Source: a virus (lineage: Duplodnaviria > Caudoviricetes). From it: a stretch of DNA of 60,814 nt. The DNA is taken from positions 1 through 60,814 of the IMG/VR virus record IMGVR_UViG_3300025168_000090. One strand, written 5' to 3'. The stretch's first letter is position 1, and each line of letters opens with the position of its first letter. Under the pieces are notes generated by a model. It was not told where the DNA came from, made no database searches, and saw only the letters and a list, made by a program, of their open reading frames with translations. A program made the translations under genes and the position numbers. This document shows positions 16,692-25,826 of this stretch, one piece after another.

Positions 16692-19424
16692 ATGTCAACA
16701 AACCCATTAGATAACGCAACTACAGAAGAAATAGAAGAATTTTTACACGGAAACGACCCAGAGGAATTTATTGTTTCATTGGAGTATGGTTGGCGTTCTG
16801 GTAGGATTTACAAAATTAAAGAATATCCAGATAGGGGTAAAGTTATAGAGTCAGATACATTTATTCCTTTTTGTTGGGTCGGTGACCTAAGTAAAAAAAA
16901 TTTTTATAGTGGTAGTAAGGAACAACAAAAAGCAGCCATATCTAAACATGGAATTTTAATAGAAAAATTAGAATCTGGTGACGATGAAAGGTTACAAAAT
17001 GGATTAACATACCTCATAAAAACAACTAAAAGTTATAGAGACCTAGTTTCTTTTTTTAGGAATGGTGGGATAAATCCTTGGGATGCGGATAATAGGGACG
17101 CCATAATGATTTTACCCCCGATAGAACAATACCTAATACAAAAAAAGAAAAGACTTTTTAAAGGTTTTGAGGAGTATGACGATTTACATAGATTTGTTTT
17201 TGACTTGGAAACAACATCTTTAAATCCAGAAGATGGTAGAATTTTTATGGTTGGGATGAAAGACAATAGAGGTTTTGAAGAAGTTATTGAGATTGGTGAG
17301 TCTGAGGTTGAGGAGTCCGATGCGATATATAAATTTTTTGAAACAATCGATAGGTTAAAACCTACCATAATTGGTGGATATAATTCGTCTAACTTTGACT
17401 GGAATTGGCTTTTTAAAAGAGCAGAAATATTAAAAATGGACACCACAAAGTTTAAAACACTAAATCCTAATGAAGGGTATAAAATTAAAGAGGGTGTTCT
17501 TAAATTAGGTGCGGAAGTTGAAGAGTATAGTCAAATAAAGATTTGGGGTTATAATTCCCTGGATATAGCACATGCGGTTAGAAGAGCACAAACAATTAAT
17601 TCTGAAATAAAAAGTTGGGGACTAAAGTATATAACACAATTCTCTAAATCAGAAAAACCTAATCGAGTGTATGTTCCTGGTGATAAAATTGCTTCTACAT
17701 ATAGAGAAAATAAAGATTTCTATTTAAATGTTGAGAATGGAAAATATAAACTAGTGGGGTCGGAAGGTTTATTTGATATAGATAAAAAGTTTCCTGATGT
17801 TTATAAAAAAGTTGGGGGTGCTGAGATTGTAGAACAGTACTTAATGGATGACTTGTGGGAAACCATGGAAGTGGATGGACAATTTAATCAAGCATCATTC
17901 CTGTTAGCCAGTATGGTACCAACATCCTATGAAAGAGTGTCTACTATGGGAACAGCAACTTTATGGAAAATGTTAATGCTGGCCTGGTCATATCATAGAG
18001 GTTTGTCGGTACCAGCAAAAGACTCTAAAAGACCCTTTGTCGGAGGGCTGTCAAGACTGGTAAAAACCGGATACTCTACAAACGTACTTAAATTAGACTT
18101 TAGTTCACTATACCCATCAATACAATTAGTCCATAACGTCTTTCCAGAATGTGACGTAACTCACGCTATGAAAGGTATGTTAAAATATTTTAGGGATACT
18201 AGAATTAGGTATAAAAATCTAGCTTCAGAATACTATAGCACCGACAAAAAGAAATCAGAATCTTTCGGGAGAAAACAATTACCTATTAAAATTTTTATAA
18301 ATTCTATGTTTGGTTCTCTTTCAGCCCCACAAGTTTTTCCTTGGGGTGATATGGACATGGGAGAAAAGGTTACTTGTACAGCGAGACAATATCTTAGACA
18401 AATGGTTAGGTTTTTTATGAAAAAAGGTTACGACCCTTTAGTTATGGATACTGACGGTGTTAACTTTTCATGCCCTTCTGATGTTGAGGACCGTTCTTAC
18501 GTTGGTTTAGGTGACAATGGTCTTGTAGACAAGGGAAAACATTATCAAGGAAGTGAAGCTGACGTTGCTGAGTATAACGATTTATTTATGAGGGGAGAAA
18601 TGGGGTTAGATACGGACGGACAATGGCCTTCCTGTATTAATGTAGCTAGAAAAAATTACGCATTATTAATGCCAAGTGGGGTTGTCAAATTAACAGGTAA
18701 TTCCATCAAATCTAAAAAAATTCAAGGGTATCTAGAAACTTTTATAGATAAGGGTTTAAGAATGTTATTAGAAGGTAATGGTGCAAATTTTGTGGAGTAC
18801 TACTATGAGTATCTACAGAAAATATACGATAGAGATATCTTACTAGCAAAAATAGCTAATAAATCTAGGATAAAACAAACAATCGAGTCCTACAAAAAAA
18901 GGTGTACAAAAAGAACTAAGTCTGGTAGTTTAATGGCTAGACAAGCACATATGGAATTAGTTATAGCTAATAATGTACAGGTTTCTTTAGGTGATACCAT
19001 TTATTATGTTAATAATGGTAAAGCTATGTCTCATGGTGATGTACAAAGAAAAAAGAAAAAAGATGGGACAGAAGAGATAGTATTAAACTCTTATTTAATA
19101 TCAGAAAATGATTTAGAAAACGGGATGAAAGGTGAATATAACGTACCAAGGTATATAAACACATTTAATAAAAGAGTCGAACCTTTATTGGTGTGTTTCC
19201 AACCAGAGGTTAGGGAGTCACTAATTAAGAAAAACCCTGAAGATAGGGAGTATTATACTAAGAGTCAGTGTGAGTTAATAAATGGAATACCTAGAAAAAA
19301 AGGTGACCAGGACGAATTAGAAGATATTTTAACACTTTCTCCTGAAGAAGAGTTATATTGGAAAAAAACACAAGTGAGTGAAAATTATTTTATGGAAGAG
19401 TTAAACATCCTTGAGACCATCTGA
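16692..19424 (+). CDS. Family B DNA polymerase with 3'-5' exonuclease
   Basis: ExoI FDLETT, ExoII GYNSSNFDW, ExoIII YLMDD; Pol motifs LDFSSLYPS, KIFINSMFG, DTDG, KNYA. Confidence 0.97.
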   Translation: MSTNPLDNATTEEIEEFLHGNDPEEFIVSLEYGWRSGRIYKIKEYPDRGKVIESDTFIPFCWVGDLSKKNFYSGSKEQQKAAISKHGILIEKLESGDDERLQNGLTYLIKTTKSYRDLVSFFRNGGINPWDADNRDAIMILPPIEQYLIQKKKRLFKGFEEYDDLHRFVFDLETTSLNPEDGRIFMVGMKDNRGFEEVIEIGESEVEESDAIYKFFETIDRLKPTIIGGYNSSNFDWNWLFKRAEILKMDTTKFKTLNPNEGYKIKEGVLKLGAEVEEYSQIKIWGYNSLDIAHAVRRAQTINSEIKSWGLKYITQFSKSEKPNRVYVPGDKIASTYRENKDFYLNVENGKYKLVGSEGLFDIDKKFPDVYKKVGGAEIVEQYLMDDLWETMEVDGQFNQASFLLASMVPTSYERVSTMGTATLWKMLMLAWSYHRGLSVPAKDSKRPFVGGLSRLVKTGYSTNVLKLDFSSLYPSIQLVHNVFPECDVTHAMKGMLKYFRDTRIRYKNLASEYYSTDKKKSESFGRKQLPIKIFINSMFGSLSAPQVFPWGDMDMGEKVTCTARQYLRQMVRFFMKKGYDPLVMDTDGVNFSCPSDVEDRSYVGLGDNGLVDKGKHYQGSEADVAEYNDLFMRGEMGLDTDGQWPSCINVARKNYALLMPSGVVKLTGNSIKSKKIQGYLETFIDKGLRMLLEGNGANFVEYYYEYLQKIYDRDILLAKIANKSRIKQTIESYKKRCTKRTKSGSLMARQAHMELVIANNVQVSLGDTIYYVNNGKAMSHGDVQRKKKKDGTEEIVLNSYLISENDLENGMKGEYNVPRYINTFNKRVEPLLVCFQPEVRESLIKKNPEDREYYTKSQCELINGIPRKKGDQDELEDILTLSPEEELYWKKTQVSENYFMEELNILETI

Positions 19425-20420
19425 ACTAGTTATAATCCAATAACCTAGTTCACCAACAAAAACAAACTCCACACAACTATCACCACCCAATTCTATAGAT
19501 TCCCATTTACCGTCTATTTTTCCTTTATCAGGTATAACTTCGCAAGAAGATAATGATTTAATTTTTATTTTAGTGTCATTATTTGAGTTTAGTGTTATAG
19601 TTGATTTTTGTGAAGCCACTATCAAATATTCACCATTTGTTGTGTAATTACCGTTAACTACCTTTGTTTTTGTATCAGTTTCTTTAGTTTCACCATATAA
19701 AAAGTTATCCCTAACATGTAAGTCCTGTATTAATTTAAGTAGAGCTACCGACAACATCTTATACTCGATATTGTCAGGTCTATTTTTCTGGTCATATATA
19801 ACCAACTCTTTAAATCCAGCTTCATGTAACATCTCTGCTATTAAACCATACCCACTACCCCCACCACCAATATAATCAAAAAAGTAAGCTGGAATTTCTA
19901 ATAACTTATTATACCTGTAATCTTTTACTCTAACTAGGTTAGTTTTATATCTTAATGAAGATGGTAAAGCTCTAACAACATTACCAGAAGTATCTATTGA
20001 TAAATCATAATGACTATTACCTAACTGACCGGCATATAACAAATCTCTATAATTAATTTGTAGTGTACTTGCACTAATACCTGGGTTTACAGTTCCTCCA
20101 GTATGAGGACTCATTGGTACTTGTCCTATGGACATAACTCCTGTTATTCCACTTGTACCAGAAAAAGCTGTTATAGCAACTGCTGAGGTACCAGAAGTTT
20201 GGTCAAAACCACCCACCATAAATGTATATCCTGTAGACAAAGGTCTACATTGTGGACATCCACCAGCACTAAGAGCCTTTGTCCAACTAGGTGTGTGAGC
20301 ACTAAACACACCACCAACCGACAAATGTTGTGAAAATTCAGATGAACCTGAAAACTTCCCAACAGTATCCTTTTTTTGATTTAATTGTCTACTATAATCT
20401 ACTTTAGTGAAAAATCCCAT
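19401..20420 (-). CDS. Tail fibre/spike-like protein with peptidase S74 (intramolecular chaperone)-like domain
   Basis: SSLRYKTN...YGLIAEMLHE...PDNIEY..L...LLK.IQDL; S/T/G-rich N-terminal part. Confidence 0.7.
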   Translation of the reverse strand: MGFFTKVDYSRQLNQKKDTVGKFSGSSEFSQHLSVGGVFSAHTPSWTKALSAGGCPQCRPLSTGYTFMVGGFDQTSGTSAVAITAFSGTSGITGVMSIGQVPMSPHTGGTVNPGISASTLQINYRDLLYAGQLGNSHYDLSIDTSGNVVRALPSSLRYKTNLVRVKDYRYNKLLEIPAYFFDYIGGGGSGYGLIAEMLHEAGFKELVIYDQKNRPDNIEYKMLSVALLKLIQDLHVRDNFLYGETKETDTKTKVVNGNYTTNGEYLIVASQKSTITLNSNNDTKIKIKSLSSCEVIPDKGKIDGKWESIELGGDSCVEFVFVGELGYWIITSSDGLKDV

Positions 20421-20423
20421 ATC

Positions 20424-21560
20424 TTATATTACATACATTGTTCCCGGATTCATAGGTCTAAACCCTAAAGATTTATTTAAGTTTTCAGCTTCTAAAGCTT
20501 TTCGTTCTAACATTTTATCATTTCTTAACCTCTCTAATCTCGCCATTAATTCTTCTATTAATTTAGATACTTCATCTTTGGATTCGGTTAGTAAGTCGGT
20601 ATATTCCATAGTTAATTCCGAATCTGGTGTCTTAAGATTACCACTAAACTTACCCCTAACTCTTCCTAACATTTCTTTAGCTTTAGCAAAAAAATACCTT
20701 CGGACCCAAGCCTGTGCTGGGGTATTAAGTTCAGTATATGTCATTTCTTCGAAGTCAACATCACTAGGTAATAAAATTATATCTTTATTTGCGTCTAAAC
20801 AATCATCCCTATTTTCCGGACCAGCATCATAATACCAATACCAAACCCTATGTCTGTTTACTGCCACATTACCAAAATCAAACCTACCTCCTGGTACATT
20901 ATATAAATGTAAGTACTTTACACCATGAACCCCACCAGCACCAGCAGTAATTCTGTAAGTCATGTCACCACCTATAATTCTATTTTTTAAATTTCTATCT
21001 TGCATTCTTAGTAGAACATCGAAAGCGGGCATTAAGAAATAGGAACCTTGTATCCCCATTTGAGCAAACCCACCTGGTCCACCCATACCCATACCACCAC
21101 CCATACCACCAAAAGCACCTAAAAATGGGTCAATAAAAGCTTCGTTTAGTTCAGCTCTTTGGTACCACATTATTTCATTAATTTCTCTTCCCGCTGGTAT
21201 TTGATAAATTTGTGTGTTAGCAGTTAATGTTATATAATCTTGTTTGAGTTGGTATGGTCCACCTGCTTGTAAACCAACTATTTTAGAATAAGCGTAGGTA
21301 AAAGAAGTTTCAAAATCCAAATCTCTTGTTAAAAACGCGTTAGTCAGTGATATGACATCCATGTCTTGTCCGTACAATGAAGACCACTGATTCTCGATTA
21401 ACCAGTCCTGTACGTATTGACCATAATCTAATATGGCTATTTCTAATGCCGTATCCAACATTTCGTCTTCTAACTCAACACCCCTAATAGGTGCACCTAA
21501 TAAGTGTTTTACTTGAGTAAATAACTTTTCTCTTTTTGCTGGGTCTATTGTTGTCGACAT
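20424..21560 (-). CDS. Neck/head-completion protein (T4 gp13-like)
   Basis: LLGAPIRGVELEDEMLD.ALE.A..DY N-terminus and WVRRYFFAKAKEMLGRVRGKF C-terminal motif. Confidence 0.8.
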   Translation of the reverse strand: MSTTIDPAKREKLFTQVKHLLGAPIRGVELEDEMLDTALEIAILDYGQYVQDWLIENQWSSLYGQDMDVISLTNAFLTRDLDFETSFTYAYSKIVGLQAGGPYQLKQDYITLTANTQIYQIPAGREINEIMWYQRAELNEAFIDPFLGAFGGMGGGMGMGGPGGFAQMGIQGSYFLMPAFDVLLRMQDRNLKNRIIGGDMTYRITAGAGGVHGVKYLHLYNVPGGRFDFGNVAVNRHRVWYWYYDAGPENRDDCLDANKDIILLPSDVDFEEMTYTELNTPAQAWVRRYFFAKAKEMLGRVRGKFSGNLKTPDSELTMEYTDLLTESKDEVSKLIEELMARLERLRNDKMLERKALEAENLNKSLGFRPMNPGTMYVI

Positions 21561-21575
21561 AGTATATCCTTTTTA

Positions 21576-21583
21576 TATAAATA
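21576..21583 (-). promoter_or_regulatory. Putative late promoter motif TATTTATA
   Basis: 15 nt upstream of the neck gene ATG at 21560. Confidence 0.55.
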
Positions 21584-21599
21584 CTTAGAAGTTGGCATT

Positions 21600-21624
21600 A
21601 AAAAAAGGTCCCATAAGGACCTTT
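21600..21624 (-). terminator. Rho-independent terminator
   Basis: AAAGGTCC-N5-GGACCTTT stem with a U-tract on the minus strand, downstream of gene 21646-22056. Confidence 0.75.
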
Positions 21625-21645
21625 AGTAAAATATGTTATAAATAA

Positions 21646-22056
21646 TTATTTTTTTTCTTTAACAACTCGTTCCACAATCCTTTTTAAAGTAGATTCAGTT
21701 ATCTTAACAACCTTACTCTCTTTTAATCCCTCGAATGCGTTATACATTTTTCCGTGACCCTCAGACTGTTCGTTTTTCTTCTCAACCTCTTTCTCCTGTT
21801 CCCTATCTTTTTCAGTCATTTCGGTATCAACCATGTCTTCATATATATCCTCTATATGTCTAGCGGCAGTCTTAATTTTTTTTAAATCACTAAAACTTAA
21901 TGTGTCTTCTCCAGATTTGTGACCTACTAGTAAAGATTTAAGGGATTTTAAAGCTTTATAAGCTTTTTTTAACTCGGATTTGATGTCAGCCTTAGATTCT
22001 GTTAGGGTAGTAAGCCCTTTTCTAAGTTGTTTTTTTGTGAATTCTTTTTTATTCAT
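21646..22056 (-). CDS. Hypothetical protein (probable internal head protein)
   Basis: TATTTATA at 22073-22080 upstream; LTES/LKES/ITES sites; C-terminal KVVKITESTLKRIVERVVKE. Confidence 0.7.
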   Translation of the reverse strand: MNKKEFTKKQLRKGLTTLTESKADIKSELKKAYKALKSLKSLLVGHKSGEDTLSFSDLKKIKTAARHIEDIYEDMVDTEMTEKDREQEKEVEKKNEQSEGHGKMYNAFEGLKESKVVKITESTLKRIVERVVKEKK

Positions 22057-22097
22057 AACAATTGTTTTTTTATATAAATATACGTAAAAGTCGCTTT

Positions 22098-23831
22098 TTA
22101 CAAACCTAATAGAATTTCTCCTAAAATATCCTCTTCATTAATATTGTCACCCATAACAGTATCTATTACTGATTTCTTTTTATTAACTAATTCATATATG
22201 GTTCTTTCTATGGTATTATCGTATATTGGGTAGATACAGGAAACTTTTTTGTCTTGCCCTATTCTAAAAGCTCTATCCTCACATTGGGACATGTCGGAAG
22301 GAACAAATGATAAGTCATTAAAAATCACAACTTCAGCCGCGGTTAAAGTAATTCCCACCCCAGCCGCTTTAACATTGCCAATAAAAACCCTAACTTTATC
22401 GTCATTTTGAAATCGGTCAACACTCTTCTGTCTATCTTCTTTTTTCATAGCACCATTAAGAATTACAGATTCTTTTTTATATTTTTCATGTAGTGTCATT
22501 AACGGTTCTGTAAAATTAGTAAAAACAATAACTTTTTTGTCTTGTTGTAGGCACTGTTCTATTAACTGTGTTGTTTCCTTTACCTTTTCTAAAGCTATAA
22601 TTTGTCTAACCTTCATTAGTTTTGATAATTGTATGGATAATCCCTTGCCTTTATTTTGTCTTCTCCAATCAAGATACTCACCCATCTCATCCTCATAAGT
22701 CTTTGATTTTAGTTCCATGTGGATGGGGGTTATGATTTTATCTGGTAGGTCCAAAACATCCTCCTTCAACCTACGTAAAACTTTATCGTTTGTTTTATCA
22801 CGTAATTCCTCAAGATTAGTAGCTCCAAAAGTTAACCAAATTTTTCTATATCCCCTAAAAATTTGTTTACCATCACAATATCTCCTAACGTAACTAATCC
22901 AATTATTAGCAACTCGTGAACCAACAATCTTTAATAAATTATAATAATTCATGGGTCTAGATGTCATAGGGGTGCCGGATAATAACCATAACCTATCTAT
23001 TCTAGAGGTTAAATTATTAACTAATTTAGTTCTTTGAGCTTTTCCATTTGACACGTAATGTGCTTCATCTATTATGACCAAATCAAACTTAGAATCCATA
23101 ATTTGTTTTTTCTTGTCTTTATCCTTAGGTAGTGAATGGAAATTTTTAAGTATATCGTAGTTAATTATTACGTATTTACCATCTACCCATTTTTTACCTT
23201 CCACTATACCCACAGAGTCGTTAGTGTAATTTTCTATTTCTCTTTGCCAGTTTACCTTTAAAGAGGCGGGACAAATAATTAAAACTTTTTTTACCCCACA
23301 ACTTATACTCGCCATAATAGCAGAGCTAGTTTTACCTAAACCCATATCATCTGCTAGGATATATTTTTTATTTGAAACTAACTTAGTTATAGCTGTTTTT
23401 TGGTGCTCGAACGGTGGACGATGAGAAAACTCAGTAAAATCTACCACCACATCAGGATTAGCTCTGGGTATAATTTGATTCTTAGGGACCCAAAAAGAAC
23501 TAAGGGTGTCCGACTCAATTACTTTACCCCAAACATGGTAAGCTTTCTCCGTATCACTTAACAACTTTTCAATCCAAATAGATGTTGGGGGTTTTTGTAA
23601 AAATTTTGTAGACATGTATTCTTTAGATAGGTAATCATCTATATCCATCCATAATCGTACAACCTTAGGTTTTTCACTGTAATTTTTAATTATGTAATCG
23701 GATTGTGACCTTGTTAGTGTAAAAGTTTTACTATTAAGCATACTATTTCTAAAGCCTATAATATAGTTATTGGCTCCACTATAATCAGCTAATAAATTCT
23801 TAGCTTTAATTTCAGGTGGGAAATTTTCCAT
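22098..23831 (-). CDS. SNF2-family helicase/translocase (SMARCAL1/HARP-like)
   Basis: LADDMGLGKT, ICPASLK.NW, DEAH, LLSGTPMTSRP, AAGVGITLTAA, QCEDRAFRIGQ. Confidence 0.93.
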   Translation of the reverse strand: MENFPPEIKAKNLLADYSGANNYIIGFRNSMLNSKTFTLTRSQSDYIIKNYSEKPKVVRLWMDIDDYLSKEYMSTKFLQKPPTSIWIEKLLSDTEKAYHVWGKVIESDTLSSFWVPKNQIIPRANPDVVVDFTEFSHRPPFEHQKTAITKLVSNKKYILADDMGLGKTSSAIMASISCGVKKVLIICPASLKVNWQREIENYTNDSVGIVEGKKWVDGKYVIINYDILKNFHSLPKDKDKKKQIMDSKFDLVIIDEAHYVSNGKAQRTKLVNNLTSRIDRLWLLSGTPMTSRPMNYYNLLKIVGSRVANNWISYVRRYCDGKQIFRGYRKIWLTFGATNLEELRDKTNDKVLRRLKEDVLDLPDKIITPIHMELKSKTYEDEMGEYLDWRRQNKGKGLSIQLSKLMKVRQIIALEKVKETTQLIEQCLQQDKKVIVFTNFTEPLMTLHEKYKKESVILNGAMKKEDRQKSVDRFQNDDKVRVFIGNVKAAGVGITLTAAEVVIFNDLSFVPSDMSQCEDRAFRIGQDKKVSCIYPIYDNTIERTIYELVNKKKSVIDTVMGDNINEEDILGEILLGL

Positions 23832-23835
23832 ATTA

Positions 23836-23878
23836 AAAATATAATAAAAAGAAAAAAGAAAGACAAATTGTATTTATA
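23836..23878. promoter_or_regulatory. Divergent promoters: host-type TTTG-N20-TATATTTT (minus, helicase) and late TATTTATA (plus, 23871-23878)
   Basis: Both motifs are read directly in the 65-nt intergenic region. Confidence 0.5.
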
Positions 23879-23896
23879 ATAAAAGTACATATTAAT

Positions 23897-24412
23897 ATGG
23901 CAAATAAAAAAATACCGATTACCAGGATATCAAAATTTTTTGGGTCAGAGGATTTCCAACTAGAACAGGACATAGGTATGGAATGGTTACATGGAGACCT
24001 ACACTTTAATTTAGTTCTATTCAGGGTGGACCAAAAACTTTCTGATGTGGACGACGTGTATGGAGAGTCCGGACCAGAAGAGATAAGATATAAACCACCA
24101 GTAGAATTTAAAGCATATGTAAAAATAGACCAACCCAAAATGGATACCTACGCTGGTGGTTTGGTTAAAGACTTAGAGCCGGGTAATATGACTTTAGGTG
24201 TGTATATGAAACATTTGGTTGAGTTAAATGTTGATATTAATTATGGGGATTATATTGGCTACGCGGAAACAGAAGATAAGATGAGATACTATACTGTGAC
24301 TAATGACGGTAGGGTAACCTCAGATAATGCACACACAATAGGTGGGTACAAGGCTTTCTATAGGACTATAATATGTGCTTATGTTAGTCCAAACGAATTT
24401 AAAGGAATATAA
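23897..24412 (+). CDS. Head-closure/neck protein (T4 gp14-like)
   Basis: DDVYGES...Y..PVEF.AYV; L..L.VDI..GDYI; followed by the tail-terminator-like gene. Confidence 0.65.
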   Translation: MANKKIPITRISKFFGSEDFQLEQDIGMEWLHGDLHFNLVLFRVDQKLSDVDDVYGESGPEEIRYKPPVEFKAYVKIDQPKMDTYAGGLVKDLEPGNMTLGVYMKHLVELNVDINYGDYIGYAETEDKMRYYTVTNDGRVTSDNAHTIGGYKAFYRTIICAYVSPNEFKGI

Positions 24413-25494
24413 TGTCATTACCTAAAAAAATAAAAAAGAATCTGAATATTGCTCCCGGACCAGTACAACCACACTACCCTGATGGGTACAACGGTATTAC
24501 AACACCGAACAGAAGAAGAGAACTTGCGGATTTAATAAATGATGACGGAACGTACTTACCAAAATCTATATTACACGCGGACCTGGACAGAGGGATGTTA
24601 GACTTTGTAGAAGAACAACTCAAAACCACAACTAACGGTAAAAAAATAAACGTAATAGATAGGATTTTAACATTACAAAGATGGGCTGAATTTTCACAAA
24701 CCTGGAAATTTAGTACTTCAGATAAAAACGTAGACCTACCTTTTATAGTTGTTGTCCGTAAACCAGACGTTCAATACGGAACTAACCCTGCCTTACAATA
24801 TACTATACCAGATAGAAAACAGTTTCATTATGCCAAAGTTCCTACTTGGGACGGTAATAGAAAAGGTTATGACATATACACGATACCCCAACCAGTACCA
24901 GTAGACATTACATATGATGTAAAAATAATATGTAATAGGATGAGAGAATTAAACCAATTTAATAGAGTCACACTACAAAAATTTACGTCAAAACAAGCTT
25001 ATACATTTGTAAAAGGACACTACATTCCAATAGTTATGAACTCTATAGGTGATGAAAGTAAAATAGATACTGAAGAGAGAAGGTACTACCAACAAAACTA
25101 CCAGTTCCAATTACAGGGGTTTTTACTAGATGAGGAGGAGTTTGAAGTTAAACCAGCAATTAGTAGAAGTTTAGTTATGTTTGGGTTTGACACAAAAAAT
25201 CCAATGAGAGACCCTAGAAATCTAGGACCAAAAAACCCAGACACTGTTAGACGGGTTGTAACCTTTGACACCCAAGGTGTAATTAACGACAGTGAAACTA
25301 TAATTTATGAATATAAAAATGACATAAGTGTTTTAAGAGTAACTAATATGGTTAGCTTTAGTTTTAAGATAAATGGGGTAGTTGCTGACCTACCAATACT
25401 AGTGAACCCTACAGATGTTTTAACTATAGCAATCGTTAAACAAAGTATAGGTGTACCATCTACTATGACATTACAAGAAAAAATAGTTAGATAA
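24412..25494 (+). CDS. Tail terminator/tail-completion protein (T4 gp15-like)
   Basis: LPFIVVVR, PQPVPVDITYDVKII..RMRELN, YQFQLQGFLLD; position between neck and sheath genes. Confidence 0.65.
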   Translation: MSLPKKIKKNLNIAPGPVQPHYPDGYNGITTPNRRRELADLINDDGTYLPKSILHADLDRGMLDFVEEQLKTTTNGKKINVIDRILTLQRWAEFSQTWKFSTSDKNVDLPFIVVVRKPDVQYGTNPALQYTIPDRKQFHYAKVPTWDGNRKGYDIYTIPQPVPVDITYDVKIICNRMRELNQFNRVTLQKFTSKQAYTFVKGHYIPIVMNSIGDESKIDTEERRYYQQNYQFQLQGFLLDEEEFEVKPAISRSLVMFGFDTKNPMRDPRNLGPKNPDTVRRVVTFDTQGVINDSETIIYEYKNDISVLRVTNMVSFSFKINGVVADLPILVNPTDVLTIAIVKQSIGVPSTMTLQEKIVR

Positions 25495-25495
25495 G

Positions 25496-25666
25496 TTATT
25501 CTTCACCATAAATATCTTTTTTAATTTTACACTTTTCTTTTATAATTTTTTCTACAAAAGCAAACATTTTTAATCCATGTTCACTACAGTACGCCTTTAA
25601 TAAAGAATGGACATCTACACTAATTTTTAAATTTTTAATTTTTTGTTTTTTATATTCTGAGGACAT
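25496..25666 (-). CDS. Small ribbon-helix-helix-like DNA-binding protein (start revised to MSSEY)
   Basis: IKNLKISVDVHSLLKAYCSEHGLKMFAFVEKIIKEKC fits the beta-strand/helix/helix RHH pattern. Confidence 0.7.
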   Translation of the reverse strand: MSSEYKKQKIKNLKISVDVHSLLKAYCSEHGLKMFAFVEKIIKEKCKIKKDIYGEE

Positions 25667-25698
25667 TATAAAGGATATTTTTATAATAATTAGGTTAG

Positions 25699-25729
25699 AG
25701 TGTGAAAAAAGTGTGAAAATTTTCATACT
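25699..25729. promoter_or_regulatory. Putative operator: three AGTRTGAAAA boxes (two direct, one inverted)
   Basis: AGTGTGAAAA at 25699-25708 and 25710-25719; TTTTCATACT at 25720-25729. Confidence 0.65.
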
Positions 25730-25778
25730 CTTTACTAAATAACCACTTTTAACTAATAACTTTTGTCAATAGCCCAGG

Positions 25779-25786
25779 TATTTATA
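25779..25786 (+). promoter_or_regulatory. Putative late promoter motif TATTTATA
   Basis: Upstream of the tail sheath gene. Confidence 0.55.
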
Positions 25787-25826
25787 TTGTAAAGAAATAA
25801 TAATTTTTTAAAAAATTTAATACAAT

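Noticed and set aside
16692-19424. Intein or intron in PolB (also checked RNR and helicases)
   Set aside because: Motifs are contiguous at ordinary spacing, with no C...HN splice junction or LAGLIDADG block
21070-21120. GGMGGGMGMGGPGG tract in the neck protein as a GroEL-like tail
   Set aside because: It is an internal low-complexity loop with no other chaperonin features
25667-25726. N-terminal extension of the RHH ORF
   Set aside because: It overlaps the operator boxes; ATG 25666 gives a typical RHH length
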